Positions 40,633-56,322 are shown, counted from the stretch's first letter. The stretch: 64,000 nucleotides of DNA from Eledone cirrhosa (GCA_964016885.1 OZ024740.1:132928001-132992000); one strand, 5' to 3'. The notes: generated from the sequence alone by a model not told the origin. Made by a program: numbers and translations.

Positions 40633-42367
40633 CAAATATAATTTCAGCGAGATCGTATTTAACCAGTGGTCAAAACAAAGCGAAACGCAATTTTCGAGAT
40701 ATGCGCCAAGCGCTCAATGGACTAAAAGAAGACCAGGGCAATAAACATACGTTATAGAGGCCATACAAACTGAAAACGGCGGTCAGGAAGCTAGTAGCCA
40801 CCGGAACGAAAAAAACGAAGCAAACTAAACAGGTTAAACAAAAGAATTTACCTGGACCTCCTGGAATTAATGGTATAATTCAGTGGAAGGTTTCTGTGAC
40901 ACCTAAATCAATTATACTGCCTGCATTCATATTAAGCTTTTGGTATAACGATCGAACAAGGCTGCCATTTCGTCAACAGGTATTTTGTTCTCAGCCAGTG
41001 AGCGGGTTCCTAGCAGTAGTTGTGTTGGAGTGATTACCCCACGTGTTTTACCCTGCAGGAAGGTAACCCCTGTTTTGGCAGATGGATTCAGAATGTGTAA
41101 AATTAATTCAAGAACTGCAAAAATTGCACAAATCGAGTTAAGCTCTCGACCGGGTTGTTTTTAAATAAACTTAAGCAATTAATCAGTCAATAGAATTGTC
41201 TAATAGAATATATATATATACTTTGTATTTTTGTATATATTTTTGTCTGGCCGCATAAATTCTCTAGTGTTTCTTGTGTGCGTATATATATATATATACG
41301 ATGTAACCGATATGGCGGAGAAGAGAGGAACCAACCATAAGCTACCCCGGAAATTCCCTCTACCATGGGGATGGAAACCCCTTACACTGGACAGATATAA
41401 TAGTAACTTTCGGCAGGATAAATACGCAGAAACAAATAATAGGATAAACCCCTATTTTCCTGCACCAAATCGCATTTGAACAGAAGCCCCCTCAATTCAA
41501 TCTTTACATGGACAGATGGACAATCATATGGATCATTGTGCATATATGTACTCTGTGTTTTTGAATTTATTCACTATTGGTTCTGTTCTTTTCTTTTGTG
41601 TACTTTATGTCTGTTTTTCTTTGATTTTGTTCCCTGTGATGGAAATTATGACTACCAGATTGACTAATGCCTAGAGCCCTGTAGTTTGCCCTCAGTTATA
41701 ATGTACGGCACTGTCGTTCAATATGTGGATAGTGTAACTGTGACACTAGAATCCCTCTCAGAACATATTACTTAAACATCTCTTCCCCTATTATTTACTC
41801 ACTTCAGTCTATATTTTTACTCACCTCAATCCGAATTATCACCTGAAAAGAATTATTTTTTAATTCTTTAATTTCTAATTGTTAATTTCTTAATTCTTTA
41901 ATTTATAATTTCTGATATTTGATTTAGGATTTTAATTTTTATTTCCAACTCTCACTCTTAACTTCCAACGTAAAACCATGATACCTAGAATTAAGTTTAT
42001 TTTCCCTTATAAGGTGATGGTCAGTCGTACCGTCAACGCTTAGTGAGGAGTAGTATTATGACCTGTAAAAACTAACACTCTCCCATCCCCTCTGGCTCTC
42101 GGCTGACTGCCACAGCCGTGATGGGTAGCAGTAAAATATGGTACAGGCATTGGTGGGCCATTGTTTTGGCTGAGAGGGTGAACTGACTAAGCGAATTTCG
42201 TTGAAATCTGCGGTGGCATGTCTTTCGGACATGCGCTTGCGCAGGCCGGTGGGGGTGAATTGGTACTCACAACGGAGCGGATGAAAAACCCCAAAACACG
42301 CAATTCATCCGTTCCCATGTCGATCCAATTTGGATTAACTCGGAAACATAACCTTATTATGTAACAA

Positions 42368-42441
42368 GCTGTCTGATGATGACACGACACTCGCACACAG
42401 AACAGTGTGGCCAGTGTCGTCACTGAAATATATATCACAGC
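42368..42441 (+). ncRNA. Type-I hammerhead ribozyme with an extended stem II
   Basis: gctgt-CTGATGA-tgacacgacact...agtgtcgtcact-GAAA-tatat-ATC-acagc; perfect 5-bp stem I. Confidence 0.82.
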
Positions 42442-42564
42442 ATTATTATTAAAAGACTTGAACATCTGAAACTACTTCGCTTTTCCTTATTCGATATTTA
42501 CTCCGTCACTCCTATGTGGAAAAAGAACGTTGAGTGCTTGAATTGAATTGCATCAATATTTACC

Positions 42565-42612
<48 letters not shown>

Positions 42613-44103
42613 CATCGATATAGCATAGGGCAGTTCGCCATATATACGTATATATATACATATATTTGTATGTGAGTGTGCGCGTGTGTCTGTTAGTGTG
42701 CGTATTTGTATTGTTTAAAAATACAAATTTGAAATATAGAACTAATATGAGAAAGAATTCAGAAAAGAAAAAATGAAAAATAAACAAAAAATAGATTTTC
42801 TTATTCAATACGTTGCACTTTGAAATAAATTACATATTTATATCGATTATTTTAATATATTTCCATTTACTTGGTTATTTATAATGTGTTTTTTATACTA
42901 ATAGAGTTGCATTTTGATTTTTTTCATGTTTGTACTTTTTGTTTAAAGAAAAATCTATTGAACAACAGAAAACTGGCTCAATAATTAATGCATTACTCTG
43001 ACACATCTACGTCATAATTTCTTTCTTTTACTTCGACATTTTTTCTTCTCTATGCGTATATTCTTAAACGTGTTATTGATTTGTGTATGCGAGTGTGCCC
43101 GCCCCTGACACAATAAAAAAGAGAAACAGCGGTAGCATTGACATTACAAATTTACAACACACATGAAAACAGTACCAATGAAAAAATATAAAATAGTATC
43201 GACACGTCTAATAGACACATAAGAATGTCTTGGGGACATATATGTCAAATAGAATTGTAGTTTACGTGAGTAAGAATTGCAATCATTTTACAATCTAAAA
43301 TAAATGAGAAAGCAACGAGATAATAATAATAATAAGGACAATACACACACATATATGTGTATATGTGTGTAGGAAACAGCTTTTATTTCAAACATATTAC
43401 TGAAAGCACGACTGATCTCCAGTTTGATGAATTTTATTAAGGATTTTAGGTATTTCTTTATTAGTTCTTTATGCTTAGTTTGGAACATTGCAGTCTTATA
43501 TTCATGTATGTAAGAAGGTTTCAAAGTTCACGGATTTAATTTCAGAACCAGAATCATCATGCTAGTGACATATTGGTTAGTGACATATTGTTTTCTTGTA
43601 TGCTGAATCTGTGATTTAGATTGCGGATTACATTTATATATTATTTGAGACCCCACAGTTGATTGTTTAGTGTTTTAATATATATAAAACCGATGAGCCG
43701 TTACCTCCGTTTGCACCAAGAGGATAAATAATATTCGATCTCCGTTGTAACAAACTTCATTAAAGTGTGTAGCTTTTTTAAATTATCAACTTGCCACACA
43801 CGTCAGGCACATATTACACATACACACATATTAGCGTATGCTTTAATTCACGCTCATATTACATATAAGCACGTTTCAAACTGTCTAGCCCCGAGAAATT
43901 TGGAACGCGTATATTGCATCCTTAGTTCTTGAAAAAGGCGACTCACGGCACGACAACCACATTTAATAGGCTAACTGGTTATTTTTTCCTAATTTTGCCA
44001 TGGTGCCCGACAAGAGGCCAGTATTGATTTGGTTTTTGTAGTATGCAGTGGTGGCCATACATGTTAAATGTATAACATTCTAATTTTACTGTATATATGT
44101 ATA

Positions 44104-44595
44104 CTAGCTGAGGTACCCGGGAGCGGGGGTACTCCAGGTTCATATTAAAATGCCCAATGCCTCTCAGACCAAAAATCAAATCAAAATATAGGACATATAA
44201 TCAAAAGCGAAGACAAATTCATTGAGAAAATAATAATACAAACAAATATTGTTGATTGCATTGGTCAAGCGAAAAAGTTTTGTCAGAGTTGAGTGTTGCT
44301 ATAAGGAAAAAAACTGAATCTTCATTAGGGTGTCTTAATATTATTAAAATTTGCTGAAAGTTTGTGAATAGGCATCATATCATGTCATTTACCTATGGTT
44401 TAAATTTCATATAAATCGGAGGGAGATATTTTCAGCGGGGGTTTTGTGGCCCCTTTGATTAAAATGAAATATACGTAAGAAGTGATATGGACATTAGCCC
44501 CACACACGTGTCAAGTTTCATCAAGATCGGTTTGGTAGTTTTTGAGTTTTATGTTCACAAACAAACATACAGAAATTGCCATTTATGTATATAGA
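44104..44595 (-). mobile_element. Non-autonomous Helitron
   Basis: Minus strand A|TC start; tgtt microsatellite; subterminal hairpin gtaccc..gggtac; CTAG|T end. Confidence 0.8.
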
Positions 44596-45489
44596 TATAT
44601 ATATATTACGCACAGATACGTAAAACACAAGGACTTATGCGGTTCACGTTGGGAAATATACCTGTACACACACACACATGTTTATACATTTTTTCATATA
44701 TATAGAGAGTGAGAGAGAGAGAGAAAGAGAGAGAGTGAGGGGGAGAGATAGAGATAGAGATAGAAGATGTGTTATTTTTGTGATTGTGTACAGGTGATTA
44801 TCTGTATTTAAATGCGTTATCTTTGAATATGTTCATTTATAGAACATCATGTTTTACATATATGAACATAAGTAAAATATTTAATATGTATATTTATTGA
44901 GTTGGATAATTAATTGTTGTCAAAGGAAGCAGATACCATTATCTTGTTTTGTGTTGCTTTAAATTCCTTGTAGCTCTTAGTATTTACACACATTCTGTTG
45001 TGAAAATGGATTACTTAAAAGAGTAATTACAATTAATGAAACGAGTTTATTTTTTTTTATATGGATGTATCTTCAATTTATATTTGCTGCCGATTCCATT
45101 AGCTTTCTGTTTGTGGCTTTATTTAATCTTCTTCTGGGTAACTGACAATTTTCTGTTTCCTTAGATTCATGCGAGCACTAGTTCATCAGATCTATGATCA
45201 GTGGCATTTAGGTCTTGTCTAAACCTATATTTCAAGCAATAAGGAACATGTAGTAGGTAAGTCTATGATGTTAAGCATATTGATTACGGTGATATTGGAA
45301 TTGATTTTTTTCTGTTTTTAGTTCGATGAAGATTATTGTCTTTAGTTAATTCTGACTCATTAGGATATTAAATTCCCTATTTTATAGAAAGGGAAATAAT
45401 TTAACGATAGATAGATGCTTGGTCTGCTTAAAGGTAAGTGAAATTGATACAGCGAATAGATGCTGACATCGTGCTTCCTAATATCGCCC

Positions 45490-45697
45490 GGCAGCATCAG
45501 TAGAGCGTAAAAAATCATGATTTACAGCATAGAGTTACGGCCCTTTACCAACTGAGTTCAAATCCCGCGGGAGTTAGCTTTGCTTTCATCCTTACAAGGT
45601 CTATAAAATAAAGTAGCAAACACGCACTGAGTTTGATTTAATCGTCGTTTTCTTCCAGACAAATTGCTGGCCTTGTGCCTATATCAAAGACCATTAT
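45490..45697 (+). mobile_element. Diverged SINE copy
   Basis: gagttcaaatcccgc..ctttcatcctta..aaattgctggccttgtgcctata. Confidence 0.8.
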
Positions 45698-45993
45698 TCT
45701 TACTTCTCTTTATATTTCATATGAATTTCGTATTAATAATTAAAGCACATATGTTGGAGAAATTTGTAATCTCGTTGCAAGAGTATTTATATTTCCTTAC
45801 TATATAAATTGTATTTGGTTTGAACTAATAGTTTTCCAAACACCGAATCAGGCACGTTGTTATTCCAGATCAGATGCAATAAACTAATAACGATATATAA
45901 AAAATCCTTATTACAAGGAACGAACTTCAGTAGAATAATGTTCTTAATATGCATAATTATATATATAGTAATACTTGTTTTATATTATGTAAG

Positions 45994-46056
<63 letters not shown>

Positions 46057-46109
46057 ATGTGTATGTAACACAGGGAAGTAATTAAACATTAAAATGTTCC
46101 TCTTCGGGG

Positions 46110-46400
46110 GGGGGGGCATTGGGCAGCCTTCAAACAGTCATGCTAGCTCGTCCTGTCAGAAACAACCATCACCAACTGATCCGGCTGGATCCCCAAGCGA
46201 GGCCAGCCAATCTCGTGGATGTTAACCGACCAGATTGCTACTGTGTTTACCCATGGGTCTAATGCCGGTTGGTTTTGCCCGAAAGCTCTGTCCACAATTC
46301 TTTCTTGAGACTTTCTGACCACATGCCCCCAAAACAACATTAAATTTAAGCCGAAATTTTGATTTCGGAAGATAGATTCTACGTCGACTAAAATATATCA
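46110..46400 (-). mobile_element. RTE-like LINE 3' remnant
   Basis: FWGHVVRKSQERIV..PTGIRPMG..WPRLGIQPDQL..SDR, typical of RTE ORF C-termini. Confidence 0.6.
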
Positions 46401-46540
46401 ATTTCACACATGAAATGTTCCCATATTCCATATATATATATATAAATAAAAATAGAAATAATAATAAATTTGAACACTAAATTCCAAAGAGGGCTCCATA
46501 AGGATAAATATATATCAAATATATAAGAACCGTAGAGCAA

Positions 46541-46691
46541 ATATTTATTAAAATAGCAGATTAAAGTTTAAGCAAAGAATCGCTGCTTTCACCCTTAAGG
46601 GATCTTCTGAAACTCAAGTTTCAGAAGATCCTGTTAAGGGTGAAAGCAGAGATTCTTTACTTAAACTTTAATCTGTTATTTTAATAAATAT
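46541..46691. repeat. Near-perfect palindrome (about 75-bp arms) containing a mutated hammerhead-like motif
   Basis: Centre ctgaaact-ca-agtttcag; arm reads cagaaga-tcc..ggg-tGAAA-gcag. Confidence 0.85.
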
Positions 46692-46702
46692 ATATATATA
46701 TA

Positions 46703-47072
46703 TATATTTCCTTTCTGAATTTGTTTCGCAAGATTCTTTATTTTAAATTATGTGTTGAAACCGATATTGAAATGTTTTTTTTTTTGGGGGGGGGTCAAGT
46801 TGCCAATAAGACAACACACACAAAAACAAGATGGCGTAGGACAGAACAAAGGAGAGGCACAAAACAAAGAAAAGAATCCCAGTCACTGAAGAGGTCACAG
46901 AATGTGTGACAAAAGAACTTTGACAATATATGAACAACCGTCCGGTTGTGGAACCAACCAACCGGAAATTTATTTTAAAAAAAGATTTTTTGATTTATAA
47001 TAAATTGGAGTAAAAGCAGCGGGGTGCGTGTGTTTCTTATTGGCAGCATGACCCCCCAAAGTATAACAATAT
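46703..47072 (+). mobile_element. Small TA-flanked element with an internal inverted copy of its 3' end and a decayed HHR (46885-46915); shares both termini with the 19005-19610 array block
   Basis: Starts atatttcctttctgaatttgttt; ends ttggcagcatgaccccccaaagtataacaatata; CTGAAGA-ggtcaca..tgtgac-aaaa. Confidence 0.7.
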
Positions 47073-47220
47073 ATATATATAGTTGTTATAGAGTAAGGTG
47101 CATTATTGGTTGTGTAAAATGGTCCAATAACTTTATGTTAGCAATATTAAGTTCTCCACGCTTTTGTATATCTCCAATTCCATTCAAGCTAGAGATGTAA
47201 AACGGAGTATAAGTATCAAC

Positions 47221-50177
47221 ATGAAAATCCGAAGGCAGGTAAAATTCCAATCATTTAATCACGACACATGTTTCAATAAGAGATAGATCGATGGTGAAGC
47301 CATGACCGATTATCACTGATCTCATCAGGTGAAAATGAATTGTCTTCAAATTCTTGATATGAGGGAGAAAAAAATATAACGATGTTCTCTCACAGAATTC
47401 ATTCCCTCATATGGAGACACACCAGTCAGAAACACAGCGACTGCTATTAGCTTCAGTTGAGGTCATAAAAGTTTAGAGATTTCTATCGCTGCAAAAGACG
47501 CTGGACATCAATCAAATCTATAGGGATACAGTCAGTCACAGTTAAAGTGAGTGGGTACACACACATTCCACACCCACATACACCGGCTCGAGGTCAAAGA
47601 AAGATATATACATATATATACACACATCAACACAGTATTAAACATGTAGAGTTAGTGTGGCTGGGTACACACACACTTTCACACACACCGAAGCGTTGTC
47701 CGAGAAAAAAAACACATATAAGAAAACAAATATAAGAATGTACCAACACAGCACTCACCGAAAGTTAGTTCACAAAGCAACAGAAGCTATATTGCCAGGC
47801 CCAGGTGACGGATCTGGTGGGCCTTTACCTCCTTGACTGTCTGTCTCGGAGCGGAAATGCCCCACCTGGGAGGCGGTGCTTACTGTGACGACGTCTTTTT
47901 TACTGTGTCGTTCCATAATAATAGTATGGTAGAGGGGTGAGGAAAAATCTTAGCAAATTCTTCAAGAGCATAGATCTAAGTATAGTATTTGAAGAGAATT
48001 TAAAGATGTTAATTTTCTAGATGTTACACTTAAACTCAATTCAGGACTCTTCCAACCTTACCACAAACCCAACGAGAATCTAAACTATGTCAACGCAAAC
48101 TCGAACCACCCTAGAATAGTCACTAACGGTATTACCAAAAGCGTCTCTAGTAGAATTTCAGGACTATCTTCCAATGAAGATACCTTTAATAAGATCTCGA
48201 ATTACTATAATAGCGCCCTGGAACGCGCGGGGCATAGCGAAAGAATCTCATTCAAACGTCCATTAAATAGTAGAAGCAACATTGCCCGCTATAGCTTAGG
48301 CCTAAATAGTGACACTCTAGTTAACAGCAGGCGGGATACGAGGGAGGATTTATATAGTCTTCATATTGTACTGCCGCCTCGTCCCAATGCTGTTGGTACC
48401 AATAGAAACAACCACCCAGGTACTAACACTGGGTCTGAGCAACGTAACGCCAGCGGAAACTCTAATGGTAACCTTAATTGTAGAACCGTTAAAACTACCG
48501 TTGAACGCAGTATGGAACGAGGGTCGAGTAGGGGGAATAGGGACACGTGTAGCAGACGCATAGTGGATACAAACCCGGCTATCGAGGGTAACCCCAAGGG
48601 CCGCACGGGGGGTACACCGCCCTGGAGACTTGGGACGATTCCGAACACAATCGTGACACCCCAGGACACCATCGACTCACATTTAATTTCCAGTTACAAT
48701 GGACCAGTAACTACTAGGGAGACAGGTAATTCTAATATAGTTAGTAGGAACAAGAGGCATCGGACCAGAAAATTCTGTGGTATAATCCCCCTTACTCCAC
48801 TGGCCTGACCACTAGTATAGCTAAGCTTTTCTTTAGGGCCTTAGACAAATGCTTCCCTAGATCGCACAGATATTATAAAATAGTCAATAGAAATACCATC
48901 AAGCTGTCCTACTCCACAACTAGTAACATAGCTCAGAATATAGCTCAGATGAATTATAGTAGACTTAGGACAGCCCATCAGGGAATTAGGAATGGCAGGA
49001 ACAATGGCAGCTCTATTGAGGAACTGACTCATACACGGGAGGTGAGTCGGGTCTCCCCAACCCTAAGGAATTTAACCATAGACCAGACTGGAACTGAGAC
49101 CCGACCCCAAAGATACCGTGGTCCATCTGGAACTACCCAGGTCGATAGCAAAAAATGTAACTGCAGAAGCACCGCCACCTGCCCCAAGGCTGGGAAATAC
49201 CCTACCAAAAACATAGTCTACGACTGTAAGGTCTCCACTCCTGATAGAACCTTTAGGTATGTTGGGGCAACTGCCACGTAATTTAAGGATAGATGGTATA
49301 ATCACCGCCATACCTTTAATAGATTAGATAAACAAAATAGCACGGCCCTTTTGGAATTAGCCTGGAAGCTTAAACATCAGAATATAGAGCACTCCTTATC
49401 CTGGTCCATAGTTTGCTTAGACCAACCTTATAACGGCAGCACTGGCGTCATACACTTTAAGATATGGATGTTACAGTTCGATCTATACACGTATAGCAGA
49501 ACACTTAACTGAACATACTTGCGTGTGGGGGGGGGGGGGGCGTTAGTTAACAGAATATTTCCAATTTATATCGTCAATTGAGATTTGACCAATATACCTT
49601 ATGTTGCTTTTTGAACTAACTTTCGGTGAGTGCTGTGTTGGTACATTCTTATATTTGTTTTATTATATTTGTTTTCTTATATGCGTTTTTTTTTCTCGGA
49701 CATCGCTTCGGTGTGTGTGAAAGTGTGTATGTACCCACCTACAATAACTCTACAGGTTTAATACTGTGTTGATGTGTGTATATATATGTATATATCTTTC
49801 TTTGACCTCGAGCCGGTGTATGTGGGTGTGGAATGTGTGTGTACCCACTCACTTTAACTGTGGTGACTGACTGTATCCCTACAAATTTGATTGATGTCCA
49901 GCGTCTTTTGCAGCGATAGAAATCTGAAAACTTTTATGACCTCAACTGAAGCTAATAGCAGTCGCCCTGTTTTTGACTGGTGTGTTTTCATATGAGGGAA
50001 TGAATTCTGTGAGAGAATATCGTTATTTTTTCTCCCTGATATCAAGAATTTGAAGACAATTCACTTTCACCTATTGAGATCAGTGATAATCGATCATGGC
50101 TTCACCATCGATCTATCTCTTATTGAAACATGTGTCGTGTTTAAATGATTGGAATTTGACCATGCCTTCGGATTTTC

Positions 50178-50179
<2 letters not shown>
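47221..50179 (+). mobile_element. Penelope-like element (Naiad-like): inverted 5' pLTR (47221-47781), decayed RT/GIY-YIG (about 47795-49450), 3' pLTR (49602-50179)
   Basis: QVTDLVGLYLL, VNFLDVTL, PYHKPN..YVNANSNHP, KLSYST, CNCR..CP, NIVYDC..YVGAT..FKDRWYNH; the pLTR arms are reverse complements. Confidence 0.9.
47259..47332 (-). ncRNA. Hammerhead in the inverted pLTR; the 3' pLTR copy at 50066-50140 has a mutated core (ctattga)
   Basis: tcac-CTGATGA-gatcag...ttatt-GAAA-catgt-GTC-gtga. Confidence 0.72.
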
Positions 50180-50234
<55 letters not shown>

Positions 50235-50670
50235 TGTATATATAGTGTATTTTGCAATACATTGTATGATTAATTAAAAGCATTTCGAAGACCTTATGCT
50301 ATTGTTATACATTCATATATATATACCTATTTCAGAACACCAATTCTAATTTTCAATTTCTGCTTGACAGGCAACCGCTCTGTATAATCAGTTCCTGATT
50401 ATTTACTAGAGTTCTATAAGAATCAAACAACCATGATTTTCAGCAAACAGGAGGAGTAGTTAGCTTTGATAAGCATACAAAATGCGAAACAGTGCTCTGT
50501 CAGCTTTATCTCCCCTGGTTGCTGAACATTAAAGTAAGTGAGACTGTCACTACTCTACAACAATAGCGAAAAGGTCTTCGAAATGCTTTTAATTAAGCAT
50601 ACAGTGTATTGCAAAATACACCATATATACATTCATATAGATATAACTATTTCAGAGCACCAATTCTAAT

Positions 50671-50763
<93 letters not shown>

Positions 50764-51396
50764 AATATATGGTGGCTGCCAACTCGTTTTCGAGTACGGC
50801 CACTACTTTATATCCATGTAGGAGAACCCCTACCGATGCGCTGAACGACTGTGACTTTTTAGTCCAGCCAGCGACTTGAAAACTCTGGTACAAACACTAC
50901 ACTTGTGACAATTATTGACACATAGTGCTGGGCCCATGGTACCATGTGACGACAAGTGCAGAGAGATCTCCAGATATAAAGCAATGCCTGTGCCGTGAAG
51001 CTTTTATAGTGAGCAAAGGCACTGCACAAAGCCAGTCCCACTCTCTTAACCAAGATGATATTTACCAAAAAGAAGAACAAGTCAACATCATTGGATACCA
51101 TCAGGGTTGCAGGTGTTATATCAGAGTTTTCCTTCTCCTAGAATTCTGCCTTGACAAAGGCTAAGGGGTCATCTCTCCCGGTGATTTTGGATGGCCATTG
51201 ACTCTTAAGAGCTCCTTTGCCCTTTGACAGGTTTTGTTTTTAGTCCTGCAGGATGTCGAAAGTCACCCTCCTCACCAAGAAACCTTGGTGGGGTTGCCAG
51301 TTTAGTCGCCAACGACCCGACCATGAGACAGGTTGTACTGGGATACATGTTACCAGTAGCACCAACTGGTGACCTGACATATATATATATACATAC

Positions 51397-51433
<37 letters not shown>

Positions 51434-51437
51434 CATA

Positions 51438-51496
<59 letters not shown>

Positions 51497-51544
51497 AAAG
51501 TTATATTTAAATTGTTGGGTTACAACTAGTAAATATATATAACT

Positions 51545-54299
51545 GATATAAAAGCACTCGACAAATATTTGGAGTATATTTACAATATTAAATAAATGGA
51601 AACTATATTTATAAAACCATATTTATTTCATTATATATATTTCAGGGATATCATATTAACAATATGCTATGCCTTCCTCAGACAAAATACAATATAAACA
51701 GTTTTATAGATAAATAGATGCGACATACCGTAACAACATCGACTTGTATTTGAAAAGGTTGATTTGGCAGTGAAAACAAATTGTACACAGAGAGAAAGAA
51801 AGAGAGAAAAAAAAAAAGGAAAGAAGGACAGAAAACGAAGAAAAAGAAGAAAAAGAAGAAATGCATGGAACAAAATAGAGAGATGGAAAGATAGATAAAG
51901 AGAAGAACTTCATGTAAAGAAACAAAAAGAGATATATATATATAGAGAGAGAGAGGAAATAGAGATAGATACATATATATAGAAAACTAGGTAGTGGGAC
52001 GTCTGTTGAGTAAACGTATCAATGATACATTTAATTATTTATTTATTTATTTAGCTCTAGTATTAATGTAAGGGAGATATATGGAGAGAAACCAGCTGTT
52101 ATATATATAGAGAAAAAATATAGAGAGAGAAAAAATATAGAGAGAGAAAAAATTTAAAAATAACCAGACATAGGCGAGACGTAAAAAACCCTATGTTTTA
52201 ATGTAGAGGTATTAGTATTTATAAAAACCAGCCACTATATTGTAAATATCAGTATTCTTGAATGAGACATGTATCCATAATGTGTGAAAAAATTAATGAT
52301 CTTATGTTTAGTTTTTTTTTTTTAAATTCATATGTTTATGTGATAACTACAAACATCTGTGTGAATCTACATGATCAACTCTGCAAACCCTAGGTTCACG
52401 GAAAACATTCTCAATGTGGTATAAAAATTTAAGTATACATATATGTGTATATATACACACAAATATATATAGAGTCAATATTACTATTCCCGTCTTTACT
52501 CTACAAGATTATCTATCAATCAGAAATAGAGAGCAGATTTCAATATACTAATAAAAATATATATCAGAAACAAAACTAAAAAATAACAATAATAATAATA
52601 AGTAATAATAAAATAGAAAACTAAAAAATATTACGAAAGAATATTACATATTAAAAATATTACATATTAAAAAATTTACATATTAAAAATAATAAAAATA
52701 AAAATATTAGAAAATACTACAATAATAAAAATAAAAATAAACCACATAGATCAACCCTTCAAAATTAATTGACAATATATTGTCAAGTTCATTATAAGCA
52801 TCAGAGTCGAAAAACAGATAAAGCCAAAAATGATCTATCAAATCGCATCTAGCAAAGATCATTTCAAAAAGTTTAGGATGCCCAATTTGGTCTACGTGTG
52901 TTCTTATATTTAATATAGAAGTTTATCTAGTGTAACGTTTATTCAAAATATTTGGAGCATCAATTTTAGGGTAGCTTAATTTTTCATGAAGAATGTTTAA
53001 ATAAAAATAAAATAAAAATAAAAAGAATAAAAAGAAGGAATCAAAGATTTATCGGCTAGTTTCCCATATAATTATAAATCAAACTAAATATACTACATTT
53101 TAAATTTAAATTTATATTTAAACGTTGAGTTTAATCTATGTTTGCAACAACTGAATAAATTTGTCCGTAGATTAAGGGAATTTTTAGATTTTAGTATAAA
53201 GAATATCTCCTCTGCGCAGAGGTCACATGTCTCAGAGGATGAATTAAAAGGAATCCCCCTTGAGACTATATTCCAAGCCGTCGAATATCTAACGTTATCT
53301 AGCTTAAGTTGCCAGAGTACGCCTGATAGTGCCGTTGAAGATTTTTTGCTTAGATCTGTGAAAGAATTCTTGTGGTTATTATAGCGAAGTTTAAATTCCG
53401 TCGATGTGGAACCGACGTAGTTAAAAGAATTAGAGTCAGTATTAACATTACAATTGTATACTATATTTTTAACTAAGCAGTTGTTATTTAACGGACATTT
53501 AGATCTATCTCTACAGTTACATTTGTTAACTTGTATATTATGTATGCTATTATCACTAGGTTTTAAGTTCCTATTATTTATTCTATTAATATTTTGTGCT
53601 AAATTTTTGGTGGATGAGTAGGTTAATTTTATTGTATGTCTATTGAAAATTGAGTGATACCTATGTGTTCTAGGGAAGCGATTATCAAGAGCTTTAAAAA
53701 ATTGTTTAGCGATGTGGGTTTTAATGTTTAGTGAGAAAGGGGGGGCAAACCAAATTATGTTCCTAGTTCTATTTCTTTTTTGGCCTTTGGAATTATTGTA
53801 ATGCTTTCTATTATAGTTGTTAAGGTTGTTGCCGTAATTAAAAAAGTTGTTACTTTGTTTAGTTTGTCTATCATTATCTATGTACACAATCTTATCAGCA
53901 TATCCTGCTCTAGCTAATGCTTCATTGTAGTATTGGGCTTTTTCGTCGAAAATCTTTCTATTCGACGAGATCCTAGAGATACGTTTTTGAACAGAGTTTA
54001 CTATAGTGTTTTTGACAGATCTGGGGTGGTTAGAGTTTTTTTTTTTTTTTTTTTTTTTCTCTCTTTCTTTCTCTTTTTTTCTCTCTTTCTTTCTCTCTGT
54101 GTACAATTTTTTTCACTGCCAAATCAACCTTTTCAAATACAAGTCGATGTTGTTACGGTATGTCGAATCTATTTATCTATAAAACTGTTTATATTGTATT
54201 TTGTCTGAGGAAGGCATAGCATATTGTTAATATGATATCCCTGAAATATATATAATGAAATAAATATGGTTTTATAAATATAGTTTCCATTTATTTAAT

Positions 54300-54304
<5 letters not shown>
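51545..54304 (-). mobile_element. 5'-truncated Naiad-like Penelope element with an inverted pLTR piece at its 5' end (about 54050-54304 vs 51582-51830)
   Basis: GIY-YIG ORF plus reverse-complement arms; HHR-like motifs CTGAGGA..GAAA at 51629-51684 (-) and 54202-54257 (+). Confidence 0.88.
53093..54035 (-). CDS. Open C-terminal part of a Naiad-like PLE protein (RT thumb, Cys linker, GIY-YIG endonuclease)
   Basis: SNHP..RISRISS, IIWFAPPFS, KLTYS, CNCR..CPL..C, NIVY..YVGST..FKLRYNNH, CDLCAEE; the tracked ORF start lies in the inverted pLTR and is spurious. Confidence 0.85.
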
Positions 54305-54361
<57 letters not shown>

Positions 54362-54427
54362 GGGTTTAGCAAATAATGAAAAAGTTTCAAAATAAATTTA
54401 AAAAAATTGACTTTACCTACTATAGTT

Positions 54428-54510
54428 ACCTTTACCGATCGGTTTCGAATCCCAAAAATAAACGGAGACCATACGGCCTTCGTTGCAAAGAAAGATTCTC
54501 GTCAGAAGGT
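54428..54510 (-). ncRNA. Type-I hammerhead ribozyme with a long loop II and palindromic stem III
   Basis: acctt-CTGACGA-gaatct...ggattc-GAAA-ccgatcg-GTA-aaggt. Confidence 0.85.
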
Positions 54511-54741
54511 TCTTTTCATTCGAAGAATATAAAATTCTTGAATTTAAATTACGAACTAGCGCTATCGAAAACTGTTCCCGAGATGAGAGTGAATGAAGTG
54601 GAATCAATTTTTTCAAGTGCCGAAATAAAGATAGAGGCAGAGGGAGGTAGGTCAAATCGGCGGCCACTATCGCTAGCAGCAGTCGGAACGACCAAATTTT
54701 TAGCGCCTTGTGCGTGAAGGAACACATATCCTATTATATCC

Positions 54742-54816
<75 letters not shown>

Positions 54817-54818
<2 letters not shown>

Positions 54819-55430
54819 AAATTAAGATAAATCAAGGTGAATTTAATCTAAAGCAAAATTATGGGTGTCATGCCAGAAGGCATGCGCCATATCACCCGTA
54901 AAATAAGCTCCAAGATTATAATGAATAGGTCCGAGCATTTTCTAACAATTAGAAATTGATTAACATATAAATAAACATATGAAACAATCACATGGGATTA
55001 TTTTTTACAAGTGTGTAAGCACACATAGTTAGGTAGGTAACTAAATAAAGTTAACTAGAACTTCAAAAATAGATACCTTATAATATGATTAATCTTCCCT
55101 GTATATATTCCATTAAAGAAATATATTTCACCAATTAATCGAATGGTAGACCACGGAGGCCGATACTTGGATTTTCAACAAGGAAGAAGTCCAGCCATCT
55201 GTGTTTACGCATTAAGTTCAAATCAGCGACTGACCAATAACACGTGCTGTATCTACTAAAAATACACACAACATACCAGCTTCGTCCTAGTGGAGTGAAT
55301 AGGGTTTTCGACAACTAGAAACAGAGGTCAAGTCCTTTCAACAGAGTTAGCTCTACAATTAAGGAGCCGTATTTATATATCTATATCCAAAATTAAGATA
55401 AATCAAAGTGAATTTAATCTAAATCAAAAT
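54817..55430. repeat. Non-coding block bounded by direct repeats of about 43 bp (period about 571 bp)
   Basis: caaaattaagataaatcaa.gtgaatttaatctaaa.caaaat at 54817 and 55388. Confidence 0.7.
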
Positions 55431-55441
55431 GGGTATACTGT

Positions 55442-56322
<881 letters not shown>

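Noticed and set aside
50770-51380. GC-richer block that might be an exon or a LINE 5' region
   Set aside because: No recognisable protein motif, splice pattern or ribozyme; left unassigned
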